In this document: in pieces, positions 29,401 to 42,548 of the stretch
Layout of the letters: each line of letters opens with the position of its first letter
Numbering within the stretch: the stretch's first letter is position 1
Assembly (NCBI GenBank): GCA_040954595.2
Contig: CM082591.2
Coordinates: 1,401,745 to 1,465,744 of the forward strand
Direction: 5' to 3'
DNA: 64,000 bases
DNA from: Balanoglossus misakiensis
Lineage: Eukaryota; Animalia; Hemichordata
The notes under the pieces: model-generated
The model's input: the letters and a program-made list of their open reading frames with translations, nothing else
Told to the model about the DNA's origin: nothing
Database searches by the model: none
Made by a program: the position numbers and the translations under genes

Positions 29401-32400
29401 GAAGATGAACAATAACAATCGACTGTTAAAATATTGGACTTGTCTCCCTGTCCATAACAATTAAAATTTATTGACAGTAAAAAAGGATTATAAATGCTTA
29501 ACATTTATTGCTTGGTTTGTGTTGCAAAATGTTATGTCTGGCTTCCTGTGTTTAAGTTAAAAATTTCCAATAAATTATCCCACCAGGAAAACATGACAAC
29601 TGTCTAGAATCTATCCTGTATTTTGTATGTTTTGTTTTGCTTGTCTGTTGAGTTTTGAAATAGACGACTGAAAGAGACCTTGTATTGACACATTACATTC
29701 ATCAGATACAGAGTACATGATCGCTGATAAAAATTAAATAAATACATGTCAATGAGATTAGCTGAACTGTGAACAAAATGGAAATATCAATACTAGTTAA
29801 ATAGACACACGTACATTTCAATGCCCATGTGTGATTGATCTGTGATAAAGTGGTTTAGCGTATAGCTTCTGTAAGAGCTGTATAAATGATCTCTTGTGAA
29901 CTATGAGTGGACTCTGTATTGATCTTTTTAACTGATCTGAAGGGGATGATATTAACTGTGTTCTGTTGTTATGCGTGGTTTTAATTAGCACAATGCCATT
30001 GTCACTGATGGCCTAGACATCCATCTGTTACAAAGGTTATTTGAATCACAACAGATGTACTGGTCCTCCTTTGTTTTGACCGACAAAGTTTCGGTCGACT
30101 GTCTTCCGTACTATATGACTGTGAATGTGAGTGAAATATTCGTGCAATTGCAATGTTTGAAATAAACTCCTCATCAATTTGCCTTCTCGGTAGAACTGTT
30201 TATCTCCACACTGATGTCCTTATCACCCCTCAGAAATCATAAATCTTGCAACAAAGACTGAAACAGCAGATTCCCCCCCCCCCAACTTTTTGTTAAAAAT
30301 CTCTCCCCTGAGGCAGATAATCTGCCATTAATTGAGTGCAAAACACAATGTTTGTGTCAGATTTCAGGCCTAACCCTAGATAACAATCACTCATCACCAA
30401 ATATCCTGTACCATTTAATGGTTATTATCATTTAGACATTAATTTATGACACTCTATTTCCTGTGTTGTGATCATTTTCTGGGCTGCTGGTTACCAGCTA
30501 AGTGGTCCATCAGGAAATATGGTGTGGTGTGTGGGGACTGTTTCATTCCTGTTTTGAATGACAACATCACACTTCCATGTTCTCCTGTTTGTTTTGATTT
30601 CACACCTCTTCAAAGCCCTTGTTTTATCAAAAATATCTATCAGCAAATTTACCTACTCAGATTACTATCTCCACATCAGCCAGAAGCTGATTGAAAATGA
30701 TTATCAGAACATTATGCAGCTATTACAATATGACAAATGATCAATTAAACTGCCAATAACACTGACCGCCTCCACATACAACACTAATAACAACTGAGTC
30801 AGTGAGTGGTGGTGTGTGTGGTGAAACTCAAGACCAGGAAACGTTTATTATAAAAAGAAAAGAGGACACTTACTTTTGTCCATGCAATACTGCATGGTGT
30901 AGTGGCGTGTATCCAGAACTGTCCTGACAGTTGATGTTTACTCTTCTTAAACTGAAAGAGAAAAAAGATCACCATTTTTTTTATTCATTTATTCAGTCAG
31001 TCACTTCCTCACTTACCCACTCATTCATTCATTCATTCATTCATTCATTCATTCAGAAAACAGCGTGACAGCAACTTGTATGTGTACACGAATACATGTA
31101 CAATGTATTTGTACATTTCAAATCATCATTGCTCATTTCTCTTAGGTTGGAAAGGGCCCATCGACTTGGACGTTGCACTTACAATTTATGATATGAGAAA
31201 TGTAATCAATTTGCCCATGACCTCTCCAATATGACAATGTACAGTATGCATTATATTTTCTATTATTAAAGTCATGTGCACACATGGTTGCACACATTTA
31301 GAATTACAATGCCAGCAGTTTCAAAACATCATGAAGTCACTGACCTATCCTTTGCAACACAAATGGAAAGTCAAAACTTCATTTTGTGAGTGTAAAGCAG
31401 GTTATTGCCATGACGCTATAATGTGATGCTGGGTCAGTGTTTTTGTTAAGGACATTGACCTGATAAGTGTTATCAGGGATCGCTAGTCATTTGACGGAGC
31501 TCTTCTTGAGATATCAGTATCGTCATACATGTATGGTGAAGTAGCAGTACTGGAGTTCACAATCTGTGTTCCCAAAAACATCAGAGCTACAGAAACTTAA
31601 CTATTCCTTCAAACCTAATCAACCAATCCACATCAAACAGTGATGGCAACTCCAGCCTGAGTACAGTAGACTGTACACATACTATTTACATAACTTCATG
31701 CTGATTTTATTTGAAGGATGTCAAATATTTGCTACCACATCAGCCAGACAACTTCAAAGACACCTAATGATGTAGTGCCTGTGATTAGGACGCAGACTAC
31801 ATTGTGGTTTGCAGTTGAAAACCAGTGTTGGTAATATGACATTCAGGATAAGGCTAGAATATGTCAGAGGTGGTGACCCCTGCAGTACGGACTGCTGAGT
31901 TTCTGTGTCAGATACTCAAGTGGTATGTTGCTAGCACAGAGGCAATGCAAGCCCAGAGAATGGACAGCTTGCTATACTGATGATGGATGCTGTGCAGCTG
32001 AAGGACGGATGCTATGCTGATGATACTGAAAAGTTAGGACGGATATAAGTTCATCGGCGGTCAAGGAAGTTTACATTCTGTACAGGAAACTTACTAGATT
32101 AAGAAAACCAGTAAAACCACAAAGTATGTGATGTATGTAATATCTCACAATCGATCAGGGCGAAAGTTTGTAAACTTGGTTCATTTTACCGATGATCAAC
32201 TTATCATAAACCCACTTATCAGATATAACGGTATCATAGTCTGCTCTCATACACGTATAATATCAGTTAATCAAGATGACACTGTGTACCAAACTTTTTA
32301 CAATATATGTGTAATTCTATTCAAAATTGTACTACACAGTACCAGTATATAGATATAAAGTATACCATTTGAAATAAAATTTGCATGTAAAAAGCAACAG

Positions 32401-35400
32401 ACGTTTGGAAAATGACTTTTACTGGTTGTATCAGTGGGCTGATTATTTCTGTGTGGTGTAAATACTGATAAAGATATTCTCATACTGTCTGACCTATGGT
32501 ATATGACCTTGATAATCCTTTATCTTTATTGAAGTAGTGCATAGTACCCATAGCAGGATATCCATGTACAAGAGGGAACAACACTCAATATACTAGACTA
32601 TTGAAGTTTGTAATGTTAGACAGTAGGCTTTAATTGAAGTCAACGGTCCACAGATAAACACTGAATCATTAAACCGGGATTCACAACACCAACACTCTTG
32701 TGGAAGGTGATTGGAATGTCACGCCACGCCACACCGAGTTAATAATACCGGGAAATCCACCAATCCAACCAGGCATAGAAACTGTAAATTCTAAGATTAC
32801 ACCCTAGCCTGCAGCTATTTATTGGATTAGATAGGTTTATAATTGGAACCACTGCGACGGCACTCAGAAACACTTCCAGGAGCAGCATCTGATAATTGGA
32901 ACGTCAAAATTGTTTCCATCTGTTACCATGATGTGATACTTGACTGGTATCCCTTCATCGCACAAAACATGACAAAAATATCAACTACGCAAAGTATTCA
33001 GAACTCCTGAACCAGAACGACTCTGGTTGGAGAAAGACAACCACGCATTGTGCACAACAAACATTACTGTGTCAATTTAAATGTAAACAGTAAGTTCTGT
33101 ACAGTCCTTCCACAAAGGAGCTAACATATTAATCAAATTGTTTTGAAAAGAGAAATCAACCATGGGCGTACATTTCAGCCACATGACATACCGGGGTATG
33201 TGTGGTTTTTTCCCTTCTGGTTCCTCCTCCATACTACATGTACATGGTTCTGAAGCAAACGGACCCTTCTGCAGAAAATTCACCCCAGTTGCTGAAACTT
33301 GCAAATACAGAGAATGGTGTCGCGCATATAGATGTGCATGACAGCAATTCCAGTGACTAAATTCTTGTGACAATTCACTTATAGATACCAGGGTTGCCAA
33401 CAGGCATGGGCATTTATTACTTGTTGGCAAACAATGGAAAACAATTGTTGGAACCATAATCACAAAGTTATGCCAGGGCATAACCCTCTTCCTCAATCCA
33501 TTTCAATTTTTCTGAAATCTGTTCCTATTACTCTGATGGCAAGCAGAATGAAAATATGCGTGGAATCCACTTCACAGTACTGATCAAGGTTTTGATATTT
33601 CACTCATCACAACTGTTCAATAAACAAAGTATCATTTCTGAAATGGAAGTACTGGTATTAAAGATTGAAATATATGATCTGATCATAGAAGCAATGTCCA
33701 GGCAACTACAATAATACCGGTATTCAAACTACGACAGTATAAGTTCACTTTTCGACACACACGTACTCCACTTCTGTATATTGTTCTGCAGTACTACTAG
33801 CAGCCATATTTTTGAGCATGATCTGAAAAGTTTGGGTTCCATAAAACAATGTTACTTTTTATAACAATTCCAAATTAATTTGATATGAAAAGTAACGTTT
33901 GGTAGGGTCTCCCTGAACAGTGGTAACGATAAAGATGGTGCGATATAAACAGAGAATTCGCACATGTGCAGTGCAGACAACACTCCTCCTTTAAAAGTGC
34001 ACATCTTGCATCATCATAGCAAAGGCTGTCAGAGCAAACACGACCACATGTTCCATATTTTTTCACGCCTTTGTAAACCCACTACCGATCAATACAGACA
34101 ATTGAGGCTACAATACCATATGCCCGCTTTTAGATTTTACGAGATAAGCTGAAATGGATCGTAAAATCATGACAAAAGATTATTGAAAGTGTCACATGGC
34201 AGTGAGAGTAGATAAATCAAGTAATGAATATTGTGAACGTTATCATAATATCTACACAATTATATGTATATACCACATCATATCATGGCACGGTTTACAA
34301 CTAGATATCGTTGAATCTGCCTGATACAGTAAAAGCAATTACCGGTACTTCTTTTATTATTATTGGGGCAATCACGTAAAATTGTATATTGAAAATGAAG
34401 GTAGCAACAACTTCAAAACAAGGCAAGTGTATCATTGTTGTTTTTTTGGTCTGCACACTTTTTTTCTGCATTGACATGTCGGACACTGCCATGGTTGCCA
34501 CGACTACTTTTATGTGATGCCACTATCAATAGTCTCATATCCCCCTGCCATTATACATGTTCAACCCTTGTCTGAAAAGATCCTTGAACCAGGTCAGGGG
34601 ACAGAAAACCCTTTCTGTCCATTCAAAAACCTTGAACTGATCTATATTCTATCATTTATGGTAAATCTTTGCACACACAAACACAGACAAGCATGAAATT
34701 ACTAACAGCAACAAACACAAGTTTCTGTGATTTTCTACCTAGGTGAGGCGACATGACTCACACATCCTGTCAGGTCAGTGTGAAAGAAAATATTTCAAAG
34801 AATCACAACATTGTACTGAACTACAGTACCGCTGTGTCTTTGTCCTCGTAACGCACAACCCACACTAATGGGGAAACGTGACGTCAAAGGTTAAATATCT
34901 GAGCAACAGTACTCGGTAGACCACCTATCTGATCCTACTTATCTATTCAAATGTCAACCATTACAATATTATGTTCTTTCATTTGAAAAGAATCGTGTTG
35001 TAAGAGTCAAAGTCGATTGGATAATGAAAACAGGTAACACAACTTCTAAGTTGGCAAGTGTTTGTAGTTATTTACTGCCTGACTGTATTTATGGTTAAAC
35101 AAACATGACCCGAAACGGCGAAAGTGAGGGTTAACAATGACAGCCCTACACAGGTACATGAACTGTTGGTGACTCAAAATTGAAGTGATTTGGAACTGCT
35201 ATTGACCAGAACAGGAGGGACTACATGTAGTTTGGCTACATTTATGAAGGAGAATAGGTTATCTGGAAGAGTAGCTTAAAATTTGAAGGTTTTGTTGTTT
35301 TATGGACTGGACGGTAATCAATTAAGTTGTCTGCATTGTTTCAAACATTCACAAATATTTGCTACATGATAAGGAACAAAGGCTTAATTACCAAAAATGT

Positions 35401-37363
35401 GGAAACTTTGCCAATCAAATAAAGTCCAAACATTTCCACCATAAAACATGACAGTTGTAAATTTTATTTTCCAAATTGATAACGTTGACGGTGAACAACG
35501 AAGTTTTCTACGCGTCTCTTTCGTGTGCAACTTGACTCGATGGCGAACGCAATCGACACTGGTGAAATCTGACATGCAGCGTTTAGAAAGTTACATCATG
35601 TAGACCACACAAAAAGCCTTCCCCCAAAACTTTATCGAAAGCAAACCCGCGGACATAGTCTGACATTCACCCCATAAAAAAAGAAAGTTTATCTTGAGTT
35701 GACTTTATTTTCCTGAGAAAGCGAAGCCATATTGGAAAAAATCTCGCTCAATTTTCGGCACCAATCGGTGCTAATCGGATATGCATATTCGGCTGTTGTC
35801 GATTTCAGACGTCGGATGAAATCGGACACTGAGTTCGACCAACTGCGCTTCATGGCAGATTTTTCACTTGCAAAGTTTCACCCTGCCCCCCAAAATCCAG
35901 CTCTCCTGAATAAAATGGGCGTACTACGGTTACATAACTTACAAACAGTGAAATCGCCCTGAAGCCGGCGAAAATGAATGACCAGCCGCTTAATCACGTT
36001 CCTGTTGCTAAAAATAGACACACGCGTAAGTTGCTGGCAAACCTAAAAAAATCTCATGAATGATACAAAGTATCGGTTCCTACTCGAAAGTTAATTTTTT
36101 TGCAAAATTTTAGACATTTGTTCCTTCTGTAGTATTCATTATATTCATTAAATTGTTGATTTATAGATGCCCAAGGGGAATTCTATGATGGACAATTTTG
36201 TTTTATTATTATGTGATGCAATTATGCCAATTTTTACATTTATTTTACTTTGATGATCAGTCATCATTATTTTAATTAAACTTGTAATTTTTCCCCTCAT
36301 TTAGGACGTTCATAATTGTCGTTTATATCCTGGTTAGAGAACTTCATCCAAATATTAAATGTACAAAACGCAGTTTCGATTACTTGGAATGTGGTTCGAT
36401 TTCATAGCAGACGACATGATGTATATTTCGCTGTCTATGGTTTCACACAGGAAGTGCTAGCACACAGCATTCAGGCGAAATATCAATTAAAATACAGTTC
36501 ACACCACTTTGTGAAGTGGCTTGGCGATTTACACAGTCTGTGTTGGTTTCTGACGAGTCGTGTCGCGTCGACAGGTCACCGTGACAAATGTCCCGTTTGA
36601 GAAACTCTTCTCGGACGATGCATACTTTTCGGTCGTTTCTGACTGAACGAATACTAGGTGTACTTTGTAAACACGACACGGGGGTCATTAAAAATCGACC
36701 TTCACGTACGCGAATAAACTGACTGTGTTAAAAGTCGTTTCTGAGCGAGAGTTTTCTAACTTTTTCTCACGTCCCAGGTCAGACTGTCAGACACTTAAAA
36801 AATGGGTGTCACACACTTCCGCAGTCTTGGCTGAATGTCGTCGTTCGAGATTGTTTACCATACTCGATTATGCTGTCGCAGTCTAGAGTTTGGTCGATAA
36901 TTAAAACAACAATTGATCCAAAGGGCACCCATAACATTGCCACGTCAATATAGTAACTTAGTGTTTGGTAAGTGCACATTTCCTGGTCAATATTTAAGAA
37001 GCTACTGACAGAATCATGACTGACCTAGACCCAGACTAGACTCTCCAACCAAACCAAGGAAAGTTTACAAACATAACTAAAAATGCCCCACGATTATGGA
37101 ACGATTCTGCTTGACTATACCATGAAACTCGGTTTGTTTGACAAGCTAAAACTTCCCATCAAAACGACACCATTTCCTTATTACTTTTGCTAGCACTCTT
37201 AATTAAAGCACCGCAGACGACATATATCCAATGACCACCACTGTGTTAAAAACCCTCCCTACCTTTCCAGCAATCCTGGTTTCTTTCTTGGTGCTAAAAT
37301 CTTCTCGACGACTGCTAAGTTTCCCTTCCGAGCGGCTTCTAAAAGGTCTTGTTCCCTGCCCAT
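1345..37363 (-). CDS. ANKS1: Ankyrin repeat and SAM domain-containing protein 1 (ANKS1A/ANKS1B, Odin/AIDA-1 co-ortholog), 22 coding exons, ~1402 aa
   Basis: Phase-consistent GT-AG exons: 37363-37263, 30951-30874, 28942-28792, 28561-28487, 28377-28156, 17970-17790, 15860-15264, 15058(or 15085)-14877, 14583-14290, 14027-13887, 13287-12831, 6217-5952, 4752-4659, 4379-4276, 4036-3925, 3678-3542, 3412-3281, 3031-2720, 2455-2324, 2184-2026, 1919-1782, 1488-1345 (4209 nt). The N-terminus [23 protein letters not shown] resembles ANKS1B MGKDQELLEAARTGN. Ankyrin repeats, a DPFAGLVYGS motif, two SAM domains and a C-terminal PTB follow. Confidence 0.93.
1609..1706. repeat. (TATG)n microsatellite in ANKS1 last intron
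   Basis: Visible tandem tetranucleotide; explains the spurious MYVC/IHTY ORFs. Confidence 0.97.
1757..1771 (+). promoter_or_regulatory. CTCF-like site CCACTAGGTGGCAGT
   Basis: Close match to the CTCF core consensus, in the last ANKS1 intron. Confidence 0.45.
3281..4379 (-). CDS. ANKS1: ANKS1 tandem SAM domains (exons 14-17)
   Basis: SAM1: [28 protein letters not shown]...[24 protein letters not shown]2: [38 protein letters not shown]|[17 protein letters not shown]. Confidence 0.93.
5952..15860 (-). CDS. ANKS1: ANKS1 central low-complexity Ser/Pro-rich exons 7-12
   Basis: Open, phase-consistent exons, including [17 protein letters not shown] (14027-13887) and the junction DPFA G|LVYGS (12831/6217). 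Confidence 0.82.
14645..14790. mobile_element. MITE-like fragment with internal tatagacaggtggcc sub-repeats
   Basis: Starts ta|cagtg; carries about four degenerate copies of ctatagacaggtggcc; related to the 27960-28107 element. Confidence 0.5.
17790..30951 (-). CDS. ANKS1: ANKS1 ankyrin-repeat exons 2-6
   Basis: Repeats seen: [104 protein letters not shown]. Confidence 0.93.
25460..25532. repeat. (TGAA)n microsatellite
   Basis: Perfect tandem tetranucleotide. Confidence 0.97.
27960..28107. mobile_element. MITE-like fragment (Tc1/mariner-pogo style terminus)
   Basis: Ends in gtccttaatagacaggtttcactg|ta (a CAGTG..-type TIR plus TA). Internal sub-repeats ctctat..taaggac. Shares the atagacaggt motif with 14645-14790. 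Confidence 0.55.
31021..31055. repeat. (TCAT)n microsatellite
   Basis: Tandem tetranucleotide upstream of ANKS1 exon 2 acceptor. Confidence 0.9.
37263..37363 (-). CDS. ANKS1: ANKS1 first coding exon (start of ankyrin repeat 1)
   Basis: ATG at 37363 gives [33 protein letters not shown], then AG|gtagg donor in phase 2, matching exon 2 at 30951. Not in the ORF track. Confidence 0.9.
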
Positions 37364-37459
37364 TTTTCTATAATGTCATTTTGAAATTACCGGGTGACAT
37401 GAAACACAAAATTCCAAAGTTCAACGCGAGTAAGTTGACATTGAGTTGTTTAGTCCAAG

Positions 37460-37469
37460 CGCCATCTTG
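37460..37469 (-). promoter_or_regulatory. YY1-type motif CAAGATGGCG near the probable ANKS1 transcription start
   Basis: Plus strand cgccatcttg, ~100 nt upstream of the ANKS1 ATG and oriented with the gene. Confidence 0.5.
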
Positions 37470-38109
37470 CATTAATGAGTAGGTTGGCCTATCTGTATAC
37501 ATGTACATTTCATCTAGGTTCCCGGATGCGGGGGCTAAACATGTTTAAAATGTTTCGGCCTTGGGACGCTAACAAAGCAACATACGAGGGCGTAGACCAA
37601 AACTTTACTTCAGGGGGCTCGATTAACTCTGTCAATAGGTTTTGAATGAAAAAAAAATATCTGTTGTTGGGTTTACTATTCGTATTTTTCATAATTTTTT
37701 CCGAGCGCGTCTCTGCAAGTTCGACATGGTCCGGCAACTTCAAATAGATTTTTTACAAGAAAATTAATTTGTGTTCACAAGAATGGCCTAAGTCAAAAAA
37801 GAAAGATGTGAAAGTGAAAGGGCGGTACAATTTCCTTGAACAGTACTGGAATGCAGTATATATCACAGTACTACATGTACCAACTTTAGTGTACACGTAC
37901 TTATCACACTTCGATCGACACTGGTGCCGAAAATTAACGACATAATTCATCAGTTCACGTAACTGAAAAATGAAATCAAGTTTTACTGAGAAAGTTCATT
38001 TTTGATATATAAGATGATTCGTGATTTTTAACTGAGATGAAAGTTACAAACGTGAAAGTTGTAATGCAATCGCTCGTTTAAGAAATATCAAGCATACTTC
38101 TCTGTGGAA

Positions 38110-38122
38110 GTTGTTGTTGTTT

Positions 38123-38169
<47 letters not shown>
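38110..38169. repeat. (GTT)n microsatellite in ANKS1/CYP divergent intergenic region
   Basis: Tandem trinucleotide; gives the spurious poly-Asn ORF. Confidence 0.95.
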
Positions 38170-38172
<3 letters not shown>

Positions 38173-39055
38173 TTTTTCCATGTTTATTTGAAGCATGTGC
38201 ATATTGGACTTATAAATTAATTCGCATTCTGACATTTTTTCACCAGAAAATATTTTAGTCGACAACACATTAAAAAGACAGTATTTTTATATTCTGACGC
38301 TGGGGGCGCACATGGACTAGAAGCGCACATGAAAACGTACTGAAAACTATTTGTAGGTGGGAGAAAAAACAGAACAGCCACGAATTAGAGATTATCCCCT
38401 TTAAATCTCGCTAGTATTATCTGATCAGCAAGAGCAGAAACTGCGAAAATAGCGAAAGCTATAGGCAGTGACGCTTTGAACATGACTGAATCACACGTCA
38501 CGAAGACAATTTTACAGGCTTCATTGTCACACGTGTATTGTTGGCCAAGACACGTGAAATTGTGTAATCTATAAAGACGAGGCCATAGGTCACCGCCATA
38601 TATTTCACGGTTCACTCATTATTTTTCCACCATTTTGTTTGAAGAGTTACCGAAAAGTGTAAGCTCTTTCCAGTATAGGCCTTCATGAATTGTTTGTACA
38701 TGTAGTTGGAGATTGCGAGAACGCAAACGTCTCTCTCCTACACGAGTGCCCTCTGTAGGCCGGAAGATATACACTCTTCGTGTTAAAGGCAATCCACAGT
38801 ATATGTACTATTGTATAATCTGGGACAGCACAACCCAAACACGACCTTAATTTTAACGTCACCGCGCCCGCTATACCGACTTTTAAACCAGGACGACGGA
38901 ATCTGTAAGCACAAGAAAAGGTTTGTATTCAATCTAAGCTCTTGTATATTCTCAAATATCTGTGTAGTCTACTACAGCACTTGATATATATACTGGACCA
39001 TGTTGCATATATCTTAACAGTCGTGTGTTTCTTTTCTGCAGACGCCAGGTAGATC

Positions 39056-42000
39056 ATGCGGTCGTCAAGAGATATTTTGAACCGATCAAAGTCTATTTTT
39101 GTTGCCAAAAGAACTGGCGCTTCAAGCATTGCTCAGACCCAACTGAAAAACGATGCATCCTCCGAACACCCAGAAGGAATGGTCAAACCATTCGAGGCAG
39201 TGCCAGGCCCCCCGACTGGTGTCCTGGGTTTCTTCTCGGGTTTATACTTCAACTGGAGAATGGGTGGATTCAGGAAACCATGGATAACCATCGGGATGGT
39301 CAGGGACCAGTACGGACCCATTTACAAATCGGGGCTAGGGATGTTCAAAACGGTTAGTCTGTTCGACCCGAAAGACGTCGAACAAGTTCTCCGACAAGAA
39401 GGGAAGTATCCCCGTCGAGTAGAATTCACGCCATGGGCAGCCTACCGGGAACACCGTGGCCACGCCAAGGGGGTGCTTCTTTTGTAAGTGCCCAAACACA
39501 ATGAATAGCAAACATGCTTAGAGTACAAAATGCTTTGATATATCAATCTTTCATGTAATGATTTTTCATGGTGCTTTTGCCGTGTTGTCTCATAACACAC
39601 TTCTTCAGATCATGATGTCACGGAGGGTGCCAGCCTACCATGGGCAACCCTGTGGACCAATTTGACCTTAGTGCGATTAGTATGTTGTAAAAAAGGGCGA
39701 CGACCTTTTCAGGCGACCGACACTAACGTCCTGAGTATTGTGCAAGAGTCCCCGTTGTACTTATAAAATGGGGCCGAGTCCATTGATCCGAGGAGTGGGT
39801 TAACACGATCAGTCCCAAAACCCATTTAATAGCAACGTAACACTCAGGAATACATGTACATGAATGCATCTGTAATTCTCAGTGGTAGAATGACCTTACA
39901 TAGACAATTAACAGCTGTAACTAAGTACAAACTGTCTTGCCTGCACCAAGATGCTTGAAAGAGCGAAGGTAACATAACAAAGTGATATATATTATATTAT
40001 ATTTGTTTTGTTTTGTTTTACAATTGCAGTGACGGCCCCGAGTGGCATCGTCATCGGTCGGCCCTCAGTAAGCGCATGCTCAGACCCAAAGCCGTCTCCA
40101 CTTATGCTGACGTCATCAACGACGTCGTCACAGACCTGGTCGACAGACTTGGACGTAAAACTGACAAAGCGAGTGACGCTGTGGTGGAAGATATCGAGAA
40201 TGATCTCTTTAAGTACGCCATGGACGGTAAGTTGAACTTGTTAACGTTAAAGGTATACGGTCACCTATGCAAATATAGCTACAGTTACCATGGCAAACTG
40301 GGATCTAGCCAATCACAGATTTTCAGAATCCGTATGTTTCATGGTTAGACGATTCTACTCCCAAAACACCATAAATTTGAGAAAACAAAACGACTGTTCT
40401 GGAGACAGTCTACCAGTGTCATTCATTTTCACCAAACTGTTAATTTACTTTCAGCCGCTGGAAGCGTCCTGTTCGATCGCAGACTGAATCTCCTTGACGA
40501 CAAGATCAACCCAGACGCAGAGGCTTTCATCAAATCTGTCCATGTGATCTTCGAAGAGTTTATCTACCTGGTAATTATCCCGATCAAGTACCACAAAATG
40601 TTAAATACTAAACACTGGAAGAACCACACCGAGGCTTGGGACAATATATTTAGCCACGGTAAGGTATTAACTGAAAATTGACGTAAATTTAACACTGTCC
40701 CTCAAAACCTCATCCAGACAGAACGACTCAACTCGTGTGCGGGCGGTATAATACATTATACTTGTCGACGAATGGACAGATTTTTGTGCTCTTTCGATCG
40801 TATTTACTGTTTGATAGCAGAGTCACGTGACAAAACGTAAGAAACAGTCAGCAAACGACGGCAGCAATTGGCGTTCATGTTGCGATGAAATTCGAAACCA
40901 CGAAATACTTTCTGGTTAAGTAGGCCTATATACGGTATCGCATTTTTCAGCCAAGAAGCTAATAGACGAAAAACTGGAGAAAGTTGTCGACATGTTGAGA
41001 AATGAGGATATCACCGAAGAAGAGGCTGATTTCATCACTTATCTGGTCATGCAGGGAAAGATCAACACTGAAGAAATTTATGCAAATATGACGGAACTTC
41101 TGGCTGCGGCTGTTGACACAGTAAGTTCAATGTCAACCACTGGCTTTTCCAGTGTTAAAAGGTTTACGAAGAATCAAAATGATCAGAGACGATTTTTTGC
41201 GATAAATCGATCTTGAAGATAGGAAACAGTTATCGTAGATAGTTTGATTCCAAAGTCTGAGGTGAAGTTGGGTTTGGAAAAACATATCACTTGTTCATTT
41301 TAGCAACTATTTGTGATTTCTTTACTCCAGACATCGAACACATCGCTGTGGTGTCTGTATGAATTGGCCAAGCGCCCGGAAGTTCAAGAAAAACTGTTGG
41401 CGGAAATAGAAACCGTGTTACCGGAAGGAGAGATACCAACCGCAGCACATATAAGTAAGATGCCATATCTCAAAGCCGCTGTCAAGGAAACGCTCAGGTA
41501 CGCTATGGTTGCTTAGCAACTGCAGAAACTGAATATGCATTGCTTCTGTACGCAAGTGGTTGCTTTCATAATGGTTTTGTACTTGCTGAATAATATAATG
41601 AATGAAGTTTTTGTCTTGGTTTCTGATTGTAGGATATATCCTGCCGCAATAAGTGTGGGTAGACGCCTGGATCATGATATCGCGGTTCGAGGATACAACA
41701 TCCCTGCTGGGGTTGGTATTTACTAGTTTTGTGATAACACTGACCACTTGAATCATCATCATCTTCATCATCATCACCATCACCACCATCACCACCACCA
41801 CAACCACCATCATTAGGAAACTTATTAACTTGTAGATTGTCTCAAACCCCTTCCGTTATTTTTACAGGAACTCATCACAGCACAAGTCATGTTAATGTGT
41901 CGCGATCCAGATATTTTCAGTGATCCCATGAAATTCGTGCCAGAACGGTGGTTACGACAAGAAAATAGCGAAGTTCACACTTTTGCTGCTTTGCCATTCG

Positions 42001-42548
42001 GCTTTGGACCAAGAATGTGCCTAGGTGAGATATTTGAACGGGTTGAATGGCCCTAATACTTAATATGTCTCCAATATTGCCTACAGAACCTTTAGGACAA
42101 TGAGTTCTATCCTGAATCTGCATCCATGCAATGATACATACATGTGGTGACTGGCGTCAAAAGTAGTAATTTCTACCCATTTTGTCTTTTAACTTAAAGG
42201 TCGTCGTCTGGCAGAACTAGAAATGCATTTACTGGTGGCTAGGGTGAGTAACATTCTATGGTTGTATGTTGTCGAATCTTACTCGAAGCAACTCGACAAG
42301 ATTTGACACGTCATCGTTTTTCGTGTGCTTCGCGGTATCTTGACCATGCGCAGTTTAGGGTTTCCTGGACGAGTAAATGTGAATTCAAAACACAGAACTC
42401 ATCGTTGACAGTTTGCTGTTTTATTTCTTTGCAGATTGTCAAGAAATTCCGACTGGAGAATTTGAGAGAAGTTGAACCAGTGATGACATCACTACTCACT
42501 CCAAGTGAACCCACCCGCATTCGTTTCATACCAAGGGACGCGAATTGA
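39056..42548 (+). CDS. Mitochondrial-clan cytochrome P450 (CYP24/CYP27-like), 9 coding exons, 519 aa
   Basis: Exons 39056-39483, 40030-40226, 40455-40658, 40951-41120, 41331-41497, 41633-41711, 41868-42024, 42200-42243, 42435-42548 (1560 nt, in frame). Arg/Ser-rich presequence-like N-terminus; KPFEAVPGP; C-helix GPEWHRHR; I-helix ELLAAAVDT|TSN; K-helix KETLR; FVPERW; heme motif PFGFGPRMCLG. Confidence 0.93.
41752..41813. repeat. (CAT/CAC)n degenerate trinucleotide repeat in CYP intron 6
   Basis: atcatcatc...caccaccac... Confidence 0.9.

Noticed and set aside
30086-30110. Minus-strand gaagacagtcgaccgaaac resembling a hammerhead ribozyme core
   Set aside because: Lacks the CUGANGA box and the required flanking stems.
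32008-32030. CYADDT peptide resembling a reverse transcriptase YADD motif
   Set aside because: It lies in a locally repetitive gatgct/gatgat stretch with nearby stops and no other RT motifs.
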